This document shows positions 1 to 12,119 of a stretch of 64,000 nucleotides of DNA, in pieces. The DNA lies in NCBI GenBank assembly GCA_044892525.1, contig CM097886.1:131502001-131566000 (forward strand). Direction: 5' to 3'. The translations under genes were made by a program, and so were the position numbers. Position 1 is the first letter of the stretch; the number at the start of each line of letters is the position of its first letter. The stretch comes from Schmidtea polychroa. Its lineage: Eukaryota. The notes under the pieces were generated by a model. That model made no database searches and was not told where the DNA came from. It saw only the letters and a list, made by a program, of their open reading frames with translations.

Positions 1-1961
1 GACAATAGACATAAAATGCAATATTGATGGCAATACAATAATAGAAGCACCAAACACAAAAAATCAGACAAAATACCGTAGCACAAGACAGGAAGCAATA
101 AATACATAAGAAACTACAAAAAGTACCACCAAAATCAAACAATAAATTAAAATAAATATAAAATAAGAATATTAATTGAATAAAATATAGGCAAAAAAAA
201 ATAGAATTAAAAGAAGCAAAAAACATTAAATACAAATAAGAATAGGAAAGCGACATTAAAAATACGAAAATTACTAATAAGCGACATTAGATAAGAGATC
301 ATTCCGAAATTGCACCAAACAAATCGGTTAATTGAGTTGAATAACAATCCACGGCATCTGTTAATGATAGGTGTGAAATAAGCTGCTAATGATCCGATTG
401 AGAGTCGGTTAAAGTAAACTCAATAGTGATAAAAACAGTCTGCGAGTTTATCGATGAATGTCAGAATTATATAATTTAATTAGAATATTTTTTTCATTGA
501 CTTATATAATTTATTTTACGTATTTCATGTATGAATAAATAAATTAAGAGATAAAAACAGTCTGCGAATTTTTCGATGAATGTCAGAATTATATGATTTA
601 ATTAGAAAACTTTTTTTGACTTATGATTTACTTTGCTTATTTCGTGTAACAATGTAATTAACTATCTTAGGTAGAGTGAAACCCTGCAATTATTTAACGT
701 ATTTTATACATGGCTAAATTAATCAATTTGCTTAAACAATTTTAGGGTGAGTAAAATATATAATTTATTTAAATATCGGATCGGAACATCATCTTAGGGA
801 AAAAAGATTTTATTTTGGTCTAATAAGTCTACGGCCCGGTATCGTCAACAATGCGAGATCCCTCCGGTATGAATGTATGGGGAATTCATTTTCTTTTTCT
901 GTGTTTGTTGTCAGCGATCATGGAAACGGTCAGACATTATAGAACTTTACTACATATAATTTTTGTTGCATAAATTTACCATCTCTACTTGTTCACTTTA
1001 GAAATGTCAAAGAACCCAACTGCGACATCTCTTCAACCTTGTTTCTCTTGTGCGGATAAAAACGCGGTGGTCAAAACTCTACAGACGCAGATAGGTCTGC
1101 TAAAGAAGAAAACAGACCATCTTGAAGGCACGTGGTTCACACCCACTCAAATGAATGAGGTGCAAATGAAGCTGTCACGACCAGAAAATAACGAAGAAAA
1201 TAGCCAATGTGCCGATAGCGGAGGAGGAAAATGTCATTCCACATCATCATTACTCAATGGACCCAATTCGACCAGATAGTAAGGCTTGCACCAGTTGTGT
1301 GGATACTCTGCTACTACCCACGACGCCTGACGTCAGCATCATAGGCACTAGTCAGGCGGTTCCAAGTCCCGTCGTCTTACCAGAATCGGCCACTCTCACG
1401 ATATCGCAGAAAACTTCAAAACGCCGACAACCGACGCGAGCCGAGCGAAATAAGAGGCGGAGGATGGTACAAGCTGAGCGAGATTGATAGCTGAAAATGT
1501 CCAGGCAGCTTTACAAACCCAGACAGGGGTGTCAACCGTACCGACTCGCTAGTTTCGAATGGTGCCTCCTAATAATTCATGGGAAGAAGATGCTGCTGAT
1601 TTTTTCGACTTGGACGAACTCTTTGCTGGCACGTTTCCGTCTACTTTGTGATTGAATGCGCCTATGTTATAATCCAGTATGAGCAATCCGGGTAATATGT
1701 CTTTGACTCCGTGTGCTGTTTGAGATTTTCGATCTTGTGTAGTGGTCATTGACGAGATTCCTTCAATGTTTTAGATCTTGAAATAATTAATTATAGTTTC
1801 GGTGTTATTGTTGAAGTTATTTATTTTGATATGGGACATCCTGATAATGACGATTTCTAGGCGAATAACGTATTTCACTGAATTTCGAAGCGGGTGACGT
1901 AAGACCTTCTATCGGCCTCACATGCTTCATCTTATCTGGCCATCATGGCACAGTACCAACA
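1..1961 (+). mobile_element. E1: right part of a giant TG...CA element; left end lies outside the window
   Basis: A-rich head (1-300), EGTWF-family gene (1004-1651), truncated CGTAAGnCCTTCTATCGGC motif (~1898-1915), and terminal GTACCAACA at 1961 like the other family ends. Confidence 0.65.
1004..1651 (+). pseudogene. EGTWF-family protein, frameshifted
   Basis: PCFSCADKN...LEGTWFTPTQMNE, basic KRRQPTRAERNKRRR, and C-terminal SWEEDAADFFDLDELFAG, spread over three frames; homologous to 28835 and 38332. Confidence 0.8.
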
Positions 1962-2139
1962 TGATGTAAATCATGGGTGTCATGATGAGAAAGTAATCGT
2001 GTGGGTTTTTGATTAGCGGTCAGCATAAAATGGTGCCAGGTTATTTCTTTTTCTGGACTATCATCCCTTGATAACGAGCAAACTCGTGTTGACATAGTCA
2101 ACTACTCAACAATAATAATAATATCTTTGTTCTAGAGGA

Positions 2140-2660
2140 GTTCTGTTCTAAAAAATAGATGATGAATCGTGTGATAGGTCTTTGTTTTAAAAATAAATGA
2201 TGCATTGTCTTTGTTCTAAGAAGGATGAATCATCAATGAGTCATACATATGGGGGAGTGTGCAAAAAAGATGGAAAAAGTACCCCATACTTAAACGATGA
2301 GTCTTTATTTAAATGTCTCTGTCTTTGTTTAAATATCTTTATTTAAATGTCTTTGTTTAAAAATGATGAGTTATGCGTACCTTAGTGACCTTGTTCAGTC
2401 ATAGACTCAGTGATCGGATTAAAAATGTTACTAAACATAGATGACGGCTCACCGATGAGTCATATGTATTGTTCCTGAAAATATGTGAGTCATCGATGAC
2501 ATCATATGACCTTGTTGTTAAACCTAAAATGGCCCTGGCCTAGTTACTAAAAATAGAAAGACCTTGGTGAGTCACGTGACTTTGACCTAGCTATCATGGT
2601 TACTATAGATGAGTCGCGGGGGGTAGTGCAAAAAATGATAAACGATGAGTCATGGAGCAC
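2140..2660. repeat. Cluster of TGAGTCA, GACCTTG and TTACTAAAAATAG motifs
   Basis: About five perfect TGAGTCA plus near-matches in ~450 bp. Copied at ~44400-44915; isolated motifs also at ~8038 and ~42647. Confidence 0.7.
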
Positions 2661-3401
2661 ACTTCCTCCTACTAATATAAATTAAAATGATATTTGAGAA
2701 AAAGGGAGAAATAAAAATCTTGAATCATTCTATAAGCAATAACACCAGCTTTCGAGAAAATTAATTACAGATCGGAAAATTTGTAGAATAATATCAGCAA
2801 TTAGAACAGCTTATGATGTCTAAAGACACCGAACGTGACGTTTGCCTGTTTATTGTTGATGATATTTTACAATCTTGCATTTTTATTATTGTTGGGCACC
2901 AGGGGTTCGCCAGTCCATAAGCGGTGTAACTAGGGGTAGTGCCATAATTAATTGGATTTTTCCCAGATACCCAAAATGATGATATTCCCTCCGATGTACC
3001 CATGACGTCGAGCCATGTTGGTGATGTACACCGAGGTCGGAATCTGTGGGCAAGTGAGGCCCTGCGTTAGAACTACTCCCTACAGCATTTGCGGTACGAG
3101 TTCCATACTGCCATAGAAGGGCTTACGTTTCACAACTAATTCCTCGAGTCCAAGTGAGGTTACTTTATTTTGGTTACTTATTCACCCCAAAGTCTTAGAG
3201 TAACAGTCAAATAAAATAAAAATAAGTAAAGATTAAATAAACCGAAAACATTTATTACGAAGATCACAATTTACAAGCACATCAAAGAAAGGTAAATCAG
3301 CTCCCCTGTACATTGTTTGATTTTTAAAATTTTTAAAGAATAGAAAATAATAATAATTTTTTAATAAAAAGGGTTTATTTGTCTATGTGCGTGGGTGTTA
3401 A

Positions 3402-4593
3402 TTGGATTTGCATGCATCGAAAATCTATTTATTGATTTGTATGTGCGCAAAATTCGTCTCTCCCTCTGACCACGAACCTACTGCATGGAGTGCCCTATCA
3501 AAATTTTCTGTACTAACACTGGGATTAAAAATCTTTTCCGTGAGCCAAGTATATCCGTCTACTCCGGTACTTGCAATTTACGAATTCGTCGGTAACGCAC
3601 TCGTTTCTGTGGGAGTTTTCGTCGTGCGAAATGATGTTTTGGTGAATAACCTGTGATGAGTATGTTTGTAATGCGATATCTATGTGTGTTCATATTGCGC
3701 TCCGTTATTATGTCATCAAAATTTCGACTGCCACTTTCCCTTTCCTCATTTTATTATCTCGCAGCTGTTAAAGTGTAGTAATCAACTTATTTTGTCACGT
3801 TTATCGCGAGGGAAATTTAATAGGGAAGAAAAATTGCTGGAGATAGACATTGCCATTCCTACCGATGATGGATGACCTCATAGTCGCCGTATGTTTACAT
3901 GATTTTGGTGAAGATTGTTCCCTGACATATGATTCCTGTCGTATCGCGTCAGATTACCTAAATATTTGCCGAAATCTGCAAATGCCTATTTACTCCAGAC
4001 CTCGCCTATCCCCAAGGTAGTCTATGGTCGCAATCAAGTAATGTTTATCTCATATTCATCAGAACTCGGTACCAACTTCAATTTCCCCGAATTCTTATCG
4101 GATATTTACTGCCTGAATTTTGCAATGATTCCTTATCAGTGAACGCGATCAGATTTTCCACGAGCTTGCACAAGCAGATGGATATGTCATTTTGCGACTA
4201 CTCGTATCTACCGGTTAGCGATCAAACCGTTAAAAGTGCAAATTTGTGAAGAAAATTGGATTTATCGATCTACTACTCGTCACGGAAGCTATCCCCTCAC
4301 AAGATGAACAATTCGAAAAGAAAGGAAGATTTGTGTCCTTCGTGATATCCATCTAAACTCCAATAAAAACACTCTCTACGCTCCTATGGGAGGTGTTGAG
4401 CCAGAGAAACGATCATTTCTCGTTTATTTCACATTCATTCCGAATTTCGCTCAATTCCTGTACCCAATCATCCAGCAAGGCGATCTGTGCCCTATCGATA
4501 CGGGTATCAACAGTTCCAGACGCCCTCCCGGCTAATCGGCTCACCTCTCATCATCAATATAATTTCAAAGTAATTAAAATGATAAAATTTTAA
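3402..4593 (+). pseudogene. Decayed antisense gene of E2
   Basis: Protein-like stretches across frames (KLLEIDIAIPTDDG; MDDLIVAVCLHDFGEDCSLTY; QIFHELAQADGYVILRLL). The DDG motif recurs antisense in E5 and E6 (TDG in E4). Confidence 0.45.
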
Positions 4594-4950
4594 ATTATGA
4601 CAAACAATACGTAGGTCATTCGGATGGCAATCCTTCGTTCATTCATATCCTCACAGTCCTATGCTACCGCTACCTTGTGACCAATATCCGGTTGATTCTA
4701 CCACAACTATTAATGCCACACCATAATTTCTACCATAAAGCTCCATTTTCATATCGACATCAAAATAAAAGTGAAATATTACTCTATATTATAATAAAAT
4801 AAACCTGTTCGTGCTTCCTTGTTGAGCTGAAACCGCTAATTCACAAATAGAATGGTAGGTAGTTAATTAATTTTGTCCTGTCGAATATAAGTTTAGATGT
4901 TCGTCGCACGGTAGTACCTTAAGTGAAATTTACCGCTCTATTTCCCCATA

Positions 4951-4980
4951 TACTGGATTCTGTCCAATCAGAATCCAGTA
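4951..4980 (-). promoter_or_regulatory. CCAAT box in the loop of a perfect 12-bp inverted repeat
   Basis: TACTGGATTCTG-TCCAAT-CAGAATCCAGTA, at the same relative position as CTGATTGG in E4, E5 and E6. Confidence 0.6.
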
Positions 4981-6099
4981 AGTTGTATTATTATATTTTT
5001 ATTCCTTTTTCTCCTTTTTTAATCTTTTATTATATTTTCTTTATTATTTTTGCAACTTTATTAATAAATAATATTTAATATTCTTATTTTCTTTTCTTGA
5101 GGTTTTTGGGGTATTTTCTCGTATTTTTTCTTATTCTATTTATTTTTTATTAACTATTATTTCTATTTCTAGATTTGTTATTATTATGTTAATTTTTCGG
5201 TTATTTTTTTTGTTATTTTCTTTTTTTTCCCTTCCTGGATGTAATTACTTAGGGTTTTTATTGTTATTTTATTTTGAAATATCTGTTTCCCATCTACCCT
5301 ATTTTACTCTTTTATTTGGTCATTTCCCCTTAACTTAATTCCTATGTTTGTCATTTTATATGGTGTTTGGGTCCCACCGGGTTATCAGCCCAACATTATC
5401 AATGAATTAATAGAAAATATTTTGAAAAAAATATGATATAAAACATCTTACGAAAATAGAACTAATATAGAACTAAATTAGAACTAATAATAATTTGGAT
5501 CTGCTAGAATTTGTCTCTTGTTTAGAATGTAGAGATACGTGTTTTGGATATAGAATATAACCAACCCATTCAACAAATATTAATTGAAAAAGCCTCAAAT
5601 ATTACAAAATTTGCAATATGTTCATGATGAAAATGATTCTTGGAATAATAATGGGAATGAAAAAATAGTATAAAAGTAAATTGAAAAAAAAATCAGTAAT
5701 TATTAATCGAACAAAGCTATACCATCTTAGAGGAAAAACTTATAGAATTTTAATCATAAGGTTATTTAATTCTAATTTGTTTGTAGATTTAAAAAAAAGT
5801 AATCGCACACCCAACCACGAGAAGCAGCATTTCAGTCTGTCTTGCTCGTTGGGATGAAACTTTTAGAGGGAAAATTATTAGAAACTTTAGATCATCCTTG
5901 ATCTAAGCGATCTCGCAAATTTCGAGAAACACCCTCCTTCTTGATCCATTTCTTTATACAGCACTGAGAGGTATTAGTTCCAGCGTTTGTTCTTATTCTG
6001 AGGACGGTTCGAATAACCGATTTCCTTACTTTAGTATTTAGCCTAGAATAAATATACGTTTTTGGACTTTTAGCAATATCACTCCATCTTATTCAAAAG

Positions 6100-6314
6100 A
6101 TGGCAAACTTTGTTACCTAAGCCTCTTGAAAGTAAAACTGGTCTACTTGCTCGATGCACTTGTCCTAAATTTTTATAGATCACGTGTAACATGTGAAAAT
6201 TCGCCGGCAGATCAAGACCAAGAACAAACTACTTCAGCTGCATTATCTGCTGTTGTCACAAAGGGTCCGACTGTTTGAAAGTTGAATGACCAAAAAAGAA
6301 AAAAAGCCTGAGAA
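6100..6314 (+). pseudogene. Possible SWIM zinc-finger remnant of a Mutator-type transposase
   Basis: ARCTCPKFL*ITCNM resembles CxC-xn-CxH; the copy at ~48560-48650 continues into a basic tail. Confidence 0.3.
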
Positions 6315-6719
6315 TTGAAATTAGACGGCAAGCAGCTTGTTTTAAGTGTGGATATTTTCCAAAATTGAACTATAGAAGTAGATTTATGGTGCATTTGCAA
6401 AGCCTGGTCCTCTTTCATATCTAATAACTCCAATTCCCCAACCGCTTTTTAACAACTATTATTTCAGAAATTGGAAATCCATCTTCAATAATATCACAAA
6501 TAAATGGGTTCACAAAAAATGCAAATGTAGATTTATAAAATCGAATTCGATTATCAAGAATTCAAAAACTGCTTCAAATCTCTTGGCACCAGCAAATATC
6601 AAGAATTGAATGGGAAAATGTGGGAAAAAATGCGGAAAAATACGGCTTGAAATACAATAGATACATTTGTAATGAATGTGATTTGGTGACGTGCTTGCAC
6701 ATAGATCGGGTGGTTATGA

Positions 6720-6950
6720 GGCACATCATTATCGATCATTGTCACATTGATTGTGAATTTGTTTATGAGTTGCTCTAGATCGTATCGTAATGATACTGTT
6801 CAACTTGCTATTTGCATTAGAGGTGTCGACAGTCAAATGAATATTACTGAAGAACTACTCGAAATTGTGAGTTTTGAAGGTACTACCACCGGAAGAGATA
6901 TTAAGAATTCTGTCATAAAATGCGCTCAAAGTCGACAGATAGATTAGAAA
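6720..6950 (+). pseudogene. hAT transposase fragment (SPIN/Buster/GTF2IRD2-like)
   Basis: NDTVQLAICIRGVDSQMNITEELLEIVSFEGTTTGRDI matches the D..QL..FIRGV...EE......GTTTG.DI segment of this clade. Confidence 0.8.
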
Positions 6951-7342
6951 AATCTCAAAATATTATATATTATATATCGCAAATTCTCATAGCATCGAAA
7001 CAAAAATGATATGGAACTCAAAAAAGAAAATTTCCTTTACTTTAGTTAGATTTTAGCTACTAAAATTTTTGTTGTAATCTAATACGGTGAATTTAATCAT
7101 ATTGGAAAATAACTTTGGTAGTCGAGGAATATTATAAATTAAAAAATTGAAGTAAATTAGAATTATGCAAAAAATCCGGTGGGATGATAGGTCGGTTTTA
7201 ACAACATGAATTTTTCTTATTTTTCTTTGAAGCATAGGGTCTAGCACTGGCAATAGAAATGGGTTGAAAATTGATCTTACGTATAGAATTTAAATTTTGC
7301 TTTTATATAACCGACAGAACTATATCAGAAATAATTATAGAA

Positions 7343-7691
7343 ATGTCCCAAAACCAGTAACTACGACGACGAAGAGGCAAACAGGCGGTTAATCACTCAA
7401 CTCCAGTCCAGATACATCTGGTACCGAATACATGATTGGAACCGGGGTCGAGACCTGGACAACTACGGCCCAGTCATTCGGAGTGGTCCCGAGCCCGATG
7501 CCCCAGCATGGGTTAAAACGGAATCCCATAACAATCGGTTGGTGAAGGCCCGCGACAGAGCGATGATGGAAGTGGAGGCCGCCCAAATCAGGCTGAGACG
7601 GGCAGAAGAAAAGGGGATCCTGCTGGATGAGAGCGAGAGTGAAGACGCACCCCCACGGAAGCGAGGGAGGCCTCGGAAGAATCTCCTATAG
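7343..7691 (+). pseudogene. AT-hook-family protein with a 1-nt frameshift near the start
   Basis: RYIWYRIHDWNRGRDLD...APAWV...EAAQIRLR...PRKRGRPRK; not listed in the ORF track; homologous to 41430-41828. Confidence 0.8.
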
Positions 7692-8343
7692 ACTGACGTT
7701 GAATTTCTATTTTGATAACGATATTTCATTGATAGTAACGTTACTTGGTTTTCTTTGATTACGTCTAGTACTTTATTATTCTTTATTAATTTTATTATTC
7801 TTTATAATTCCTTTATTATTCTTTGGGCTAACTGAATAAATTATTGTAAAATCGAATTGTTGAATTTCATTCTCTTTGCGGTACACCAATGAGCTCAGGT
7901 GATTTGATGGTGACCTTACATATATATTTGAATAGAAATTTTGATATTGATTTAAATGAAGTCATAGATTCTATGGCATCACCTACTATATTTGTCCCAT
8001 ATGCGAGACATCTCAAAATATAATTTATATGATACATATGAGTCATCTTAATCAATACACAATTAATAAAAAGGGACTTTTAAGATAATAAAAAGTAAAA
8101 CACATATAAATAATACGCGACCTAAAACTAAAAATATATCTACAAATACTCCTCCAGTGATACATAAATCTTCTGTGATAAATAAATCTTCTATGATAAA
8201 TAATAAACGGCCCGCTGTTAGTTTTAGGTCTGGTGTTCCCTCTAAAATTATTAAAATTAATAAAACTGGTGATTCAATATATAATCAAATAGGTGGTTCG
8301 ATCGATATTGACGATGAACCAGAAATAGAAGTAGATTTTAAGG

Positions 8344-9370
8344 GTGCACGATAAAATTTACGATTTAATATGGAAAAACAACTTGGTGCAAATTTCCCTT
8401 ACAAATAAGATTATAAATAAATTAATTGCCGAAATCAAAGGTATGGGCACAGTTAAAATTCAGTTCACCGTCCTAATTCAGTTCACCGTCCTAATTCAGT
8501 TCACCATCCTCATCCAGTTCGAGAAAGATGGGGAAATTAGAGATAATTTTTTCTATGCCGATTTTGAGGCAATTTTACGCGAGGATATTACCCATCATCA
8601 AAAACACTTGACAATAACAGCAGGCATGTTATTAATTAATAACTATAATAACACAAAATTTTATTATGAGTTTGTTGGTGATGATTGTGTGAAGTCTTTC
8701 CTTCGTAAGGTGGAGGAAATTGCTGTCACAATTGTCCTGCCATATTATGAAATGAATGGGCGAAAACCTATTCAAACTTTGTCTTTCGTCGAAGAGTGGG
8801 CATATAGAGATTCCAGAACCTGTTACCTTTGCAAAATATTTATTGTAGATAGGGTTAGGGACCATTGTCACTTCTCAGGTAAGTATTTAGGTGCTGCTTG
8901 TAGGAAATGTAATGTGTCTCGGCGAATTCAGTGACAGTTACCGGTTGTCTTTCATAATTTGAGGGGGTATGATCTCCATCATATTTTGAAGTATGGTTTG
9001 AATAATTTTCCTTCTTGGGGATTAAATATTATTCCGACCACTACCGAGAAATTCATGTCTCTCATCGCGTATATTAAAAAATTGCCTGTTCGTTTTATTA
9101 ATAGCGTACAGTTTGTTAATTCATCTTTAGCAAAAGCGGTTAAGACTCTTTCAGATCTGCCTTTAACTTCTGCTTTTGATGGCGCAATTGTTCGAGCCAA
9201 GGGTATCTTTCCTTATGACTTTGCCACATCTCTTGAGGTTTTGGAATCGACTCTTGAACTACCTCCTATCTGGGATTCTGTGTCTAATGATGAGTATGCA
9301 TTAGTCCAAGTTATTTGGACTCAGTAAAACTGCAACAACATGTTAGATTACATGTTAACATTTAACGAGC
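8344..9370 (+). pseudogene. Polinton/adintovirus-type family B DNA polymerase, N-terminal/exonuclease part with endonuclease-VII-like Zn insert
   Basis: YADFEAIL (Exo I), CYLC...RDHCHFSGKYLGAACRKCN, FHNLRGYDLHHI (Exo II), KGIFPYD; one frame with in-frame stops; polymerase domain absent. Confidence 0.85.
8458..8511 (+). repeat. In-frame 18-bp tandem repeat x3 (IQFTVL)
   Basis: ATTCAGTTCACCGTCCTA twice plus one variant. Confidence 0.9.
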
Positions 9371-9925
9371 CATTTTAACTGGTGGCAATGGTATGTTCTT
9401 ATTTATTTTTTAATATTATTTTAATTCTTTTTTCTTTAGAAAATCTATGGTTTGAAGTAACCGAGAGAGATATAATTATCATTGAAGATGAAGAAGAAAT
9501 TATTATGTTATAATCGGAAGATGACACAATGAGTAAATTAAATTTATTTTATTAATAAATATTTTAGTTTAAAATGTTGACTTGGATGATGAAATTAATG
9601 CCCCAACTCGGAATGCCTCGACTCGAGATGTTGATGAAATTGTTGCCCCTATGCGGGATGATGAAATTGTTTCCCCAATCCGGGATGCCCTCATTGAGTA
9701 TGAATCCCACTCTGATATGGAATCGAAATGTTAGTTTTTGTAGATTTATTTTAAACATTTTAACATTTATTTTTATTTATTTTCTTAAAAACTTATTAAT
9801 TTTTTAAAAATGCAAACAATATTAAGAAATTTTCGTGAATTATTAGGAAAATGTTTATGAAATGTTCTTATGAAATTAATAAGATTTTAAGAAAATAATA
9901 ATAATTGAGCAAAGTATTTTAAAAC

Positions 9926-10083
9926 NNNNNNNNNNNNNNNNNNNNNNNNNNNNNNNNNNNNNNNNNNNNNNNNNNNNNNNNNNNNNNNNNNNNNNNNNNN
10001 NNNNNNNNNNNNNNNNNNNNNNNNNNNNNNNNNNNNNNNNNNNNNNNNNNNNNNNNNNNNNNNNNNNNNNNNNNNNNNNNNNN
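9926..10083. other. Assembly gap
   Basis: Run of N. Confidence 1.
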
Positions 10084-10210
10084 ATTCTAAATAATAATTC
10101 TACAATTATTAAAAATAATACTCTACAAACTGTATTAACAATCCAACTGTAAATAATAATAATAATAATACAGACAGAAATAGAAAACGGTCTGATGTAA
10201 ATATCGCGCG

Positions 10211-10960
10211 ATGTATCCCGCTAAAATTCGGAAAGTTGATAACATCATAATAAGTGATGATGATGAAGATATTTTAATTAATCAAATAGGAGAGCCTATT
10301 GATAAAAATGATGAGCCCGAAATAGAAATTGATTTGAGAGGGTCTAGCAAAAATATTCGTTTCGATTTGGAACACAAGAACTTAGTTCAGAACGCCCTCA
10401 CCGATAAAATTATTTATAAGCTCAACTGGGTAATTGGAAAGATGGGGTCTGTTAAAGTACAGTACTTATTTAGTTTGAAAAAGATGGGAAATTAAAGATA
10501 ATTTCTTTTCAAATAGTGCGAGTGTTTTTTCAGACAATTTTCTTATCTATGGTGTGAGTCGATTAAATGAGAAAATTTACTTATTTAGATAGTGGATGGA
10601 GGGTAGTAAGGATTAAGGAAATTGAGTTTATTTTAACCACATTTTACACTATAAGTCGATTAGCCGGTATTAGTTTTATACCGACACAAGCGGCATTGGT
10701 TAAAAAGCAAGCCATTGTTAATTTAAAAAATAATGACCATGCATGTTTTATATAAAGTTTTTTATCACTATTAAAACGTAACGTAATTTTCCAACATAGG
10801 GAGCGCGTTAGTAGTTATACTAATTACTTAGACGAACTAAATTATGACCCTATTAAGGATTGCCCAATGAGGCTTTGTAATATTCCGAAGTTTGAACGAA
10901 AAAACGATGATTTAAAACTGACCATCAATGTTTTCGAGTATAGGCCTACCCCTATATCTC
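10211..10960 (+). pseudogene. Second, divergent N-terminal fragment of a Polinton-type PolB
   Basis: NQIGEPIDKNDEPEIEIDLRG...NLVQNALTDKII matches 8280-8460; DSGWRVVRI...ISFIPT...AIVNLKNNDHACF is the conserved N-terminal block. Confidence 0.7.
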
Positions 10961-11469
10961 ACTTTGTTATTACAGTTTCCAACCCATTTTTAATTATTTC
11001 AATATTTTTATTTTTTATTTGTCTGCAAAAATTGTGTAAATGAAAAAAACGGAAAGTATTTTTTTAAAAAATGGCTAAAAATAAGAACTGCTAAAATTCT
11101 ATCGGCAAGCGCTAGTCTTTTTCGAGTTCGATTCAAATAAAAGAGCATAACCGCCCGCTTTCTGTTAACGGCATCAGAAACCCCAATAAGAATAACGGCA
11201 AAGTTGCCCTTAAAATCTGGGTCAAAATTAAAGCACATTGATAACATGACGCCCCCGTGTTTACATTTTACAGCTGCAGCAAGTCTTTTGCCTCAATAAC
11301 AGAAATATTTGCATATACATCACATAGAATTCTGACATAAGCTTGACTCATTAACAATGGATCGAAGGTTGACAAGGTCAAAGTTAGAAATTATTGGAAG
11401 ATAGCTAATCAGTCAAGTAAATTTTCCTAGAGCAGGCGCAGAGCCATTTTAAAGAGTTTTTGCTTTATA

Positions 11470-12119
11470 TTGTCTCAACAAAGGATTCGTCAGCTCGTAA
11501 ATCAATCACAAGAGGTCCAGCGATTAGTCCACAGAGCAGTACTAGCAAATGAGATTCAAAATTCAAATTTCCAAAAGGTAAACCACAACAAATTGTTGAC
11601 AGAAGTAAGTCTGGTATACTATTTATACTATTTATACTATTTTTTTATACTATTTTTTCATTCCCATTATTATCTGGTAAGTGTCGAACAATTCAATGTA
11701 AAAAATTGATCAAAGTTGAAGTTATAAAATATATAATCATGGATTTACAAATTCAATCATTTACAGTTACTTCTGATATTGAATCAAATGTTATTTTAAA
11801 TGATTTACCAAAACATATGAAATGTATTTACGAACCAGCATTAAGATATATTAACGCCAAGTTGCTTGATGACAAAAAAAAGTTGTTACGCGAACTTTTG
11901 CGATACGGGATACTGAAGCTCATCATACAAGCAGCTATTTGCAAGAACTAATTATGAATGTTCTTACAGAAATTTGTATTAATAAGGAAGAAATATTATG
12001 CATTGTGACTGATAATGCCAACGAAAGCCTCCGTAGAACGGTTATTTTTTGCACTCAGAATCATCAGATCTGATTTGAGAGCATCAATGAAGCTGGATAT
12101 TTCCGAGTCCACACCCCTG
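11470..12119 (+). mobile_element. Internally deleted hAT, right part
   Basis: ILCIVTDNA joined to PTKASVERLFFALRIIRSDLRASM (dimerisation domain); end GAGTCCACACCCCTG, with a fuller copy GGAGTCGGAG...CACACCCTG at ~13028-13068. Confidence 0.7.

Larger units (their letters stand above)
2890..5395 (-). mobile_element. E2: 2.5-kb TG...CA element (solo-LTR-like) with TTAT TSD
   Basis: 8-bp inverted ends TGTTGGGC/GCCCAACA; TTAT at 2886-2889 and 5396-5399. On the minus strand: A-rich head, CCAAT box, and hairpin motif near the far end. Confidence 0.85.
1945..6314 (+). repeat. 4.4-kb segmental duplication, copy 1 (copy 2 at 44189-48581)
   Basis: Near-identical from ATGGCACAGTACCAACA to AAGCCTGAGAA, with scattered SNPs and a 22-nt indel (~4396 vs ~46650). 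Confidence 0.95.

Noticed and set aside
3402-4540. One frame with many TGA but almost no TAA/TAG, suggesting TGA recoding
   Set aside because: The TGAs largely arise from T-GAT/GAA codons of a neighbouring, more protein-like frame; other genes here end normally at TGA.
2890-5395. Classing the TG...CA family as DIRS, Helitron, Polinton or Ginger
   Set aside because: 4-bp TSDs argue against DIRS and Helitron; Polintons have 6-bp TSDs and long TIRs; Ginger has longer TIRs and an integrase. Ginger-derived non-autonomous elements are not fully excluded.
11100-11400. Possible Tc1/mariner remnant on the minus strand (NESSL...VKCKHGGVMLSMCF)
   Set aside because: Only loose resemblance to DESKF/VKHGGGSVM motifs, with no TIRs; too weak to list.
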